This document shows positions 1-5,564 of a stretch of DNA of 10,056 bases, one piece after another. Source of the DNA: Gemmatimonadales bacterium. Lineage in GTDB: Bacteria > Gemmatimonadota > Gemmatimonadetes > Gemmatimonadales > GWC2-71-9. A model generated the notes under the pieces. The model saw nothing but the letters and a program-made list of their open reading frames with translations, was not told where the DNA came from and made no database searches. The stretch spans positions 1 to 10,056 of the forward strand of contig JBFGJG010000084.1 in NCBI GenBank assembly GCA_041577295.1. Reading direction: 5' to 3'. How positions within the stretch are numbered: position 1 is the first letter of the stretch; every line of letters begins with the position of its first letter. The translations under genes and the position numbers were made by a program.

Positions 1-9
1 AGAATCCCA

Positions 10-276
10 ATGTTGTTCAAGCAGGAGTTGTTGAGTTTTCTGCAGGACCGCGTCGTCGATGCCTCGGCCGCGGACCAGTTGAGTGAGGAAGAACCCCTCC
101 TCGAGCGAGGTCTCATCGATTCGCTGGCATTGCTCCAATTGATCACCTTCATTGAGGAGCGTCTCCATCTCAGAGTGCCCGACCAGGAGGTGACGCTCGA
201 CAACTTCCAGACGGTCGCGACGATCGACCAACTCATCCAGCGGCTCCAGGCAAAGAACGGCACGCCCTCCGTGTGA
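10..276 (+). CDS. Acyl/peptidyl carrier protein (phosphopantetheine-binding), 88 aa
   Basis: Small acidic protein with GLIDSL motif (Ser38, codon 121-123, predicted phosphopantetheine site), followed by LITFIEERLHLRVPDQEVTLDNFQTV, typical of stand-alone ACPs. The start cannot be fully verified because the RBS would lie at the window edge. Confidence 0.9.
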   Translation: MLFKQELLSFLQDRVVDASAADQLSEEEPLLERGLIDSLALLQLITFIEERLHLRVPDQEVTLDNFQTVATIDQLIQRLQAKNGTPSV

Positions 277-385
277 CCGGGAAGTGTCAGCGCGCCGGCC
301 CCCAGTGCTTTCACCCGCCAGCCGGAAAACAACTTCCGTTTTCGCCGCTCTTATGCTTGCAGGAAGCCAGGGTTACCGCTAAAAA

Positions 386-401
386 CGGCATTGCTTTTGC
401 A
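386..401 (+). promoter_or_regulatory. Putative sigma54 (RpoN) -24/-12 promoter
   Basis: CGGCATTGCTTTTGCA has GG(387-388)-N10-GC(399-400), with GGCA and TTGCA matching the consensus TGGCAC-N5-TTGCW. It is intergenic, correctly oriented and about 50 nt upstream of ATG 452. Confidence 0.6.
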
Positions 402-451
402 TCTTCGTGTTTCAGCAGCGACGTCCGCTGTTGTAGTCGCGAGGAGGATAC

Positions 452-1000
452 ATGAAGTGGATGGTCATCTTGGTTGCACTTGGCGCCCTCCCGGTCGCGC
501 CCCTCGCAGCCGTGTCGTTTCAGCAAAACGGTGGTCCGGACTCAGTCACCATCGAAAGGCTGCAGAGCGTGTTCCAGGCTGCCTTCGTCGACGCGAGCAT
601 CGACGAGGATGGCGATCTCATGCTGCGGGAGCAAGCCGGGCTCACCTTCTGGATTCAGATCGATTCCCGGCGTCACCTCCTCAACTTTTTCACCGTCGGT
701 CCGTTCCGCGCAGATGCTTCGAATGACCGGAAGCTCGCATTCGTGAACGATCTCAACCGCAATATCATCGGTGCCACTTTCTACCTGGCGACCGACGACC
801 TGATGATCGCGGACAGCTATCTGTCCTTCGATGCGGGCGTGTCAGATGACCGCATCATGACATCGTACCGTTGGTTTCGCGATGCCGTGATCGCGGCCAT
901 TCGACGTGACGAGGACGGTCTCCTCGGCTACCGCGCTCGGACGCTGCCCACCGAGCCGTGCACCTCCGACGCCCTTGGCTGCGCGCGAGTCAAGACCTGA
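452..1000 (+). CDS. YbjN-like domain protein with N-terminal signal peptide, 182 aa
   Basis: Strong RBS GAGGAGG at 441-447. Signal-like N-terminus MKWMVILVALGALPVAPLAA. Core has YbjN-family-like features (IDEDGDL, LAFVNDLNR, FYLATDDLMIADSYLSFDAGVS). The family was recognised by eye. Confidence 0.7.
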   Translation: MKWMVILVALGALPVAPLAAVSFQQNGGPDSVTIERLQSVFQAAFVDASIDEDGDLMLREQAGLTFWIQIDSRRHLLNFFTVGPFRADASNDRKLAFVNDLNRNIIGATFYLATDDLMIADSYLSFDAGVSDDRIMTSYRWFRDAVIAAIRRDEDGLLGYRARTLPTEPCTSDALGCARVKT

Positions 1001-1009
1001 CCGGTACTG

Positions 1010-2593
1010 CTAGTCGCTCCGCGGTCGCTCCCCCGCCAACGCATACAGCAGATCCACATACGCCTTTTCGATGTCCGCCAAGCCGGCGATCTTCGACCCC
1101 GGCTTCGGATGAATCACCATGTATTCGTTCGGCGCGTGGGCCCCGGCGCCGTGACCGAGCCCCGCGAACACGAGCGGCAACTCGAGCCGCTCGGTGAACT
1201 GATAGAAAGGCGCACTGCCCGCGAGACGCGGTGCGACCGACGGGATTACACCATACTTGGTAAACACACTGAGCGCGGCGCGGACTAGCCCGGCATCGAT
1301 GCTCGTTTGTGCTGCCGGGTAGCCCGATAGCTGCCGTACGACGATGTCGTCAAACCCGCTCGCGTGTAAGTGGCGTTGAATCATTCCCAGCGCCGAATCT
1401 GGGTCCAAGCCGTAGGGAAGACGTGAATCGACCTTGGCCGTGGCCTTGTGTGGAAGAATCGTCTTCACCCCTTCTTCAGTGTACCCACCCCAGATCCCGT
1501 CGATGTTGAGCGTCGGATGGTACAGGTAGCGCATGATAGCATCGCGTCCGGTGATGCCGTCGATCCACCGCTCGACACTGAGCGCCGATTGCAGTTGGCG
1601 ATCGTCCCACCGGTCCGCCAATCCGTTGATCAGCCGTTGCTCCTCGAGTGTGGGTAGCCGTACCGGATCATAGTAGCCGGGAATGGCGATCGTGTTGCCA
1701 TCCTCGGATGTCAGTGTGGCCAACGCGTGCACCAAACGCCACACGGGCGAATCGACAATCGCTTTGTAGGAGCCGTGGATCTCCGCCTTTGTCGGGCCAC
1801 CCTTTGCACCGCCAACGACTTCCATCTCGGTGTAGAGAATCCCCTTCACCCCCAAAAACATCGACAGCTCACCCGAGGGCTGCTGTGAGTTGAAAGGAAA
1901 CAATGCACCGTGGGCGGTACGCAGCCGAGACTCGTACTTGTCGATGATCTCCGGGTAGTGTGGTGAGCCGAGCTCCTCTTCCCCTTCCGCAACCACCATC
2001 AAGTTCACGGGTGGTTTTCCGTCCACCGCGATGATCGACTCGAGGGCATTCAGGAAGGCGCGCTCCGGTCCCTTTTGATTGGTTGCGCCACGAGCCATGA
2101 CGATCCTGCCCAACTCGTGGTCGACCAGCGCCGCGTCGAACGGCGGCGACTCCCAATCCTCCGGATTGACCGGCTGCACGTCGTACATCAGGTAGACCAT
2201 CAACGTCCGATCGGCCCCGGCGTCATAATAGCCCCACACACCTGGGTGTCCCGACGTTGGCACCAGTTCCGCCTCTTGAAAACCCATCCCCGCGAGATCG
2301 GCCCTCACCATCTCGGCCATGTCGCGAATCCCGATATTCTGAGCGCTTACCGAGGGCTGCCGGAGCCACCGTTGAATATTCGCGAAATGCTGATCGAGGT
2401 GTTCATCGATGTATCGATAGATCGCGTCATGACGCCCTGGGTATGGGGCAATCGATGACGCATCGAACTTCTCGTCGGTTTGAAAGGGAAAATCGTCGAT
2501 GGAGACTTGCCCGTTCGTCGTAGCGGGCCATACGGATCCAGAGAGGACGAGCACTGCGGCAAGCGCCAAACGTATGAACGTACCGGAAAACAT
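1010..2593 (-). CDS. M20/M25/M40-family metallo-hydrolase (dipeptidase-like), secreted, 527 aa, with atypical metal ligands
   Basis: Motifs LRQPSVSA, YLMYDVQP, WESPPF, ARGATNQKG, EGEEELGSP, HPTLNIDGIWGGY, KTILP and AHAPNE. Start reassigned from 2815 to ATG 2593: RBS GGAGGAGG lies at 2603-2610, a signal peptide follows (MFSGTFIRLALAAVLVLSGSVWPATTNG), and this avoids overlap with the aquaporin gene. Confidence 0.9.
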   Translation of the reverse strand: MFSGTFIRLALAAVLVLSGSVWPATTNGQVSIDDFPFQTDEKFDASSIAPYPGRHDAIYRYIDEHLDQHFANIQRWLRQPSVSAQNIGIRDMAEMVRADLAGMGFQEAELVPTSGHPGVWGYYDAGADRTLMVYLMYDVQPVNPEDWESPPFDAALVDHELGRIVMARGATNQKGPERAFLNALESIIAVDGKPPVNLMVVAEGEEELGSPHYPEIIDKYESRLRTAHGALFPFNSQQPSGELSMFLGVKGILYTEMEVVGGAKGGPTKAEIHGSYKAIVDSPVWRLVHALATLTSEDGNTIAIPGYYDPVRLPTLEEQRLINGLADRWDDRQLQSALSVERWIDGITGRDAIMRYLYHPTLNIDGIWGGYTEEGVKTILPHKATAKVDSRLPYGLDPDSALGMIQRHLHASGFDDIVVRQLSGYPAAQTSIDAGLVRAALSVFTKYGVIPSVAPRLAGSAPFYQFTERLELPLVFAGLGHGAGAHAPNEYMVIHPKPGSKIAGLADIEKAYVDLLYALAGERPRSD

Positions 2594-2630
2594 GGTAGTC
2601 AACCTCCTCCTCGAAGCACAGGACGTGACG

Positions 2631-2639
2631 TGATACATT
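2631..2639 (+). promoter_or_regulatory. Possible extended -10 element (TGnTACATT) for the aquaporin gene
   Basis: TGATACATT in the 103-bp divergent intergenic region, about 60 nt upstream of ATG 2697. No clear -35 element. Confidence 0.3.
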
Positions 2640-2696
2640 CTCGCCGCTCGTGCAAGCGGGCGCCAGTCGCTCGAACCCTCGCATCCGGAGAACGGC

Positions 2697-3329
2697 ATGG
2701 CGAAATACGTGACAGAATTCATCGGTACCTTCTTTCTCGTTCTCACCATTGGGCTGTCGGTCGTCATCGCTACGGAGTTCGCTCCACTGGCGATTGGAAG
2801 CACGCTCATGGCCATGGTCTACATGGGGTGGCACATCTCGGGCGCGCATTATAACCCGGCGGTGAGCATGGCGGTGTTGCTCTTGGGAAAGATGGAACGT
2901 GCCGACTTCGTCCCCTATCTGATTGCTCAAGCTGTGGGGGCAGCGGTGGCGGGCCTCGTGGTCTTCGGACTGCTCGGTGCCACGTTCGCGCCGGCACCCG
3001 CGCCCGAAGTCAGCACGTGGTCGGCGCTCGGGGTCGAAGTGCTGTTCACGGTCGCTTTGTGCCTCGTGATCTTCAACGTCGCGATGACAAAGGCGACCGA
3101 GGGCAATTCGTTCTACGGCCTCGCCATCGGATTTACCATCGCCGCCGGGGCGTTCGCGGGCGGGCCCTTGTCCGGGGGCGCATACAACCCCGCAGTGGGC
3201 TTTGGCCCAATCCTCGTGGAGTCGCTTCTTGGGAACGGATCGTTTCGCCACCTCTGGCTGTATTTCGCCGGACCCATTCTCGGTGGGCTCATGGCGGTGG
3301 CGGTGTTTCGGCTGCAGCGCGTTGAGTAA
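2697..3329 (+). CDS. MIP/aquaporin family channel, 210 aa
   Basis: EFIGTF in helix 1, HISGAHYNPAVS and SGGAYNPAVG (two NPA boxes), about six hydrophobic segments, WLYFAGPILGG near the C-terminus, and RBS GGAG at 2687-2690. Confidence 0.95.
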   Translation: MAKYVTEFIGTFFLVLTIGLSVVIATEFAPLAIGSTLMAMVYMGWHISGAHYNPAVSMAVLLLGKMERADFVPYLIAQAVGAAVAGLVVFGLLGATFAPAPAPEVSTWSALGVEVLFTVALCLVIFNVAMTKATEGNSFYGLAIGFTIAAGAFAGGPLSGGAYNPAVGFGPILVESLLGNGSFRHLWLYFAGPILGGLMAVAVFRLQRVE

Positions 3330-3341
3330 AAGACGAGCGTC

Positions 3342-4973
3342 CTACTGCCTGACCTCGTGCATCCGGACCACCTCGACCAACACCTCGCCGTTCGGATCCA
3401 TGGTCACGGACGTCGGCTTCTTCGGGAGTCCGCCGTAAGTTGCCGTGACGTCACCACCTTCCAACGGGACGGCAACCTCCAAGCTCCCACCATCGGGAAA
3501 GACCATCCGGATGGGCAGCAGTACGCGAAAGCGGCCCCAGGAGGCTGGTTGCACTTGCCGGATGATCAACTCGACGGCGGAACCTACCGAGTCGAATGAC
3601 CACGCGACGTCGAGTTGCGGATACCCCGGCTGCAACAACCACTGCCGAAAGAACCAATCCAGATCGCGGCCAGCCTGACGTTCTATCGTCTCGACGAAAT
3701 CGCTCGTGAGCACCGTAGAGTCGCGGAACGTGTCGTAGAAGCTTCGTAGACCTCGCACGAAGACGGAGTCGCCCACCTCGCGACGCAACATGTGGAGAAT
3801 CCACCCTCCTTTTGGATAGTTATTGGCATTCAGCAGGCGAAAGAGCTCTTTCTCCGTCGTGTCGATGACCGGACGATCGACAACGTCTGACTCCAGGTAC
3901 CGGCGCTTGTCGTTGCGCAGCCGCTCACGAAAGGTTTCCTCCTCACCGATGAGCTCGTAAAAGAACGCGGTTAGATACGTGGCGAACCCCTCCGACAGCC
4001 AGAGGTGGTGCCAATCGAGCTCGGTGACAGCGTCGCCGAACCACTGGTGTGCTGTTTCGTGGACAACCACGGCTTCGCCCATCGTGCGGTCGACGTAGCG
4101 CCGTTCCGTGTAGAAAATCGCCGAGCTGTTTTCCATGCCCCCAAAGCGGGTCGACGATTCGACGTGCGCAAGCTTCTCGTACGGGAAAGGGCCAAGCAGT
4201 CGCGCCAACGTTTCCAGGATCATATTCGCCCGGGCAAAGGGGATGCTGACGGCAAACGTGGAGTCTTGCGGGAAGGTCCACACGCTGTGGGGGATACCCA
4301 TCGGCCGGCCGATCTCGGTTACGGCCTGCCGACCACCGCCGATGACCATCGTATACACCGGGATCGGGCGTCGCTCACGCCAGGACCACACCGTTCGACC
4401 ATCCGTAAGCGAGTCGACGGTCTCGAGCACCCCATTGGCAACCACGTTCCAGCCCGTAGGCACCTCGACGTGAAACGCAGCGGCGGCCTTGTCACTCGGA
4501 TGATCGACCCCGGGGAACCAGTGACGTGCCCGGTTTGGCCAGTTGTCTGCGTACGCCGTGCGCTCGCCGTAGCGGTTCTGCTGAATGAACAGGCCGTCGC
4601 GCGGCTCGCCATGGTAATGCACCGTGACCGTCAGCGTATCACCAGACCGGCCCCAGCGCCGCACCGCCAGTCCGCCGTCTTGCGTGCGGACCCAGTCCCG
4701 GCCACGGAGCAGCGCGACACGGAGCGCCTGCCCGAGCACCACCGAGTCGATGGCGAGTGTGGGATCGAAGTCGAGCCTCAGTGAGCCGGTGTCGCTCACA
4801 AGATGATACCGGATCCGCGTGCTCGCGGAGATCATCGCCCCCTGGTCGGGGATGCGCACGCGTATGTCGTAATGGAGCACATCCACCGCTGTGCGAATGG
4901 GGTCGTCCACGACGGCCAGGGCGGAGTCAACGTCTCCGATCTGCAAAACCGTCGCCAGCAGAGCAATGACCAT
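3342..4973 (-). CDS. M1-family (aminopeptidase N-like) zinc aminopeptidase
   Basis: GGMEN exopeptidase motif, HETAH-X18-E zinc motif (HETAHQWFG...WLSEGFATY) and NYPKGGWILHMLR containing the catalytic Tyr. The start is uncertain: ATG 4973 (MVIALLATVLQ) or TTG 5006, just after the upstream PPIase stop. Confidence 0.92.
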   Translation of the reverse strand: MVIALLATVLQIGDVDSALAVVDDPIRTAVDVLHYDIRVRIPDQGAMISASTRIRYHLVSDTGSLRLDFDPTLAIDSVVLGQALRVALLRGRDWVRTQDGGLAVRRWGRSGDTLTVTVHYHGEPRDGLFIQQNRYGERTAYADNWPNRARHWFPGVDHPSDKAAAAFHVEVPTGWNVVANGVLETVDSLTDGRTVWSWRERRPIPVYTMVIGGGRQAVTEIGRPMGIPHSVWTFPQDSTFAVSIPFARANMILETLARLLGPFPYEKLAHVESSTRFGGMENSSAIFYTERRYVDRTMGEAVVVHETAHQWFGDAVTELDWHHLWLSEGFATYLTAFFYELIGEEETFRERLRNDKRRYLESDVVDRPVIDTTEKELFRLLNANNYPKGGWILHMLRREVGDSVFVRGLRSFYDTFRDSTVLTSDFVETIERQAGRDLDWFFRQWLLQPGYPQLDVAWSFDSVGSAVELIIRQVQPASWGRFRVLLPIRMVFPDGGSLEVAVPLEGGDVTATYGGLPKKPTSVTMDPNGEVLVEVVRMHEVRQ

Positions 4974-5010
4974 GGTTACAAGGGGCAGCGGCGATGTCGC
5001 CAGCAACCCG

Positions 5011-5439
5011 TTAGTCGATGATGGCCACTAACTCGAGCTCGAAATTCAATTGCTTGCCGGCCAAGGGGTGGTTGGCATCGAGCGTGATCTGTTCACCACT
5101 CACTTCCGCGACGATGAGATCCACGGTGCCATCCGGCGTGTGACCCTGTAGCATGAGTCCGGGCCGTGGCTGCACATCGTCTGGAAACTGCGATCGATGA
5201 ACGGTGAAGACTCGATCGGGATGGTGTGGACCGTACCCGTCCTCAGGAGCAATCGATATCGCTTTCCGTTCTCCGATGCCGAGGCCCACCACCGCGCTCT
5301 CGAAGCCCAGAATGACCTGCTCCTCACCGATGGTGAATTCGAGAGGGTCACGCCCGGCTGAGGAATCGAACACGGTGCCGTCCTGGAGGGTGCCGGTGTA
5401 GTGCACTTTGACAGTGTCGCCTTTCTTGGCCGTGGTCAC
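5011..5439 (-). CDS. slyD: FKBP-type peptidyl-prolyl cis-trans isomerase, SlyD/SlpA-like with insert-in-flap domain, 142 aa
   Basis: KKGDTVKVHYTGTLQDGTVFDSS, PLEFTIG, PEDGYG and DANHPLAGKQLNFELEL. GTG start with GGAG RBS about 6 nt upstream. No His/Cys-rich C-terminal tail. Confidence 0.93.
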   Translation of the reverse strand: MTTAKKGDTVKVHYTGTLQDGTVFDSSAGRDPLEFTIGEEQVILGFESAVVGLGIGERKAISIAPEDGYGPHHPDRVFTVHRSQFPDDVQPRPGLMLQGHTPDGTVDLIVAEVSGEQITLDANHPLAGKQLNFELELVAIID

Positions 5440-5497
5440 GGGGGGCTCCGATCAATTGGGGGACAGAAAGAGGATGACTATCAATGTACAAGCTACG

Positions 5498-5557
5498 GGC
5501 GGGATTGGCGGAATCGGCGGGAGTGAGGGGCCGGGACCCCTCACCCCTCATTCCTCA
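5498..5557. repeat. Intergenic repeat: three imperfect 9-mers followed by a CCCCTCA-heptamer hairpin
   Basis: GGCGGGATT/GGCGGAATC/GGCGGGAGT at 5498-5524. Perfect 8-bp stem GTGAGGGG (5523-5530) / CCCCTCAC (5537-5544). Tandem CCCCTCA CCCCTCA TTCCTCA at 5537-5557. Confidence 0.7.
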
Positions 5558-5564
5558 CTGCAGT

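Noticed and set aside
273..455. 60-aa ORF overlapping the ACP stop and the YbjN-like start (GTGA/ATGA overlaps)
   Set aside because: The overlaps mimic translational coupling, but the peptide has no recognisable features or RBS. The region is better explained as a promoter-containing spacer. A small protein cannot be fully excluded.
2594..2815. 74-aa N-terminal extension of the M20 ORF (start at 2815)
   Set aside because: It overlaps the aquaporin gene on the opposite strand. ATG 2593 has a strong RBS and is followed directly by a signal peptide.
2427..3251. 274-aa minus-strand ORF
   Set aside because: Antisense shadow of the aquaporin, Arg/His-rich with no recognisable motif, as expected in GC-rich DNA.
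4005..4784. 259-aa plus-strand ORF, and similar ORFs at 7545-8081, 8576-9127 and 9177-9728
   Set aside because: They are antisense to well-supported genes, have biased R/P/A composition and show no family motifs.
5011..5439. Lack of a His-rich metal-binding tail in the SlyD-like protein as a novelty
   Set aside because: Tail-less SlyD/SlpA-type FKBPs are common.
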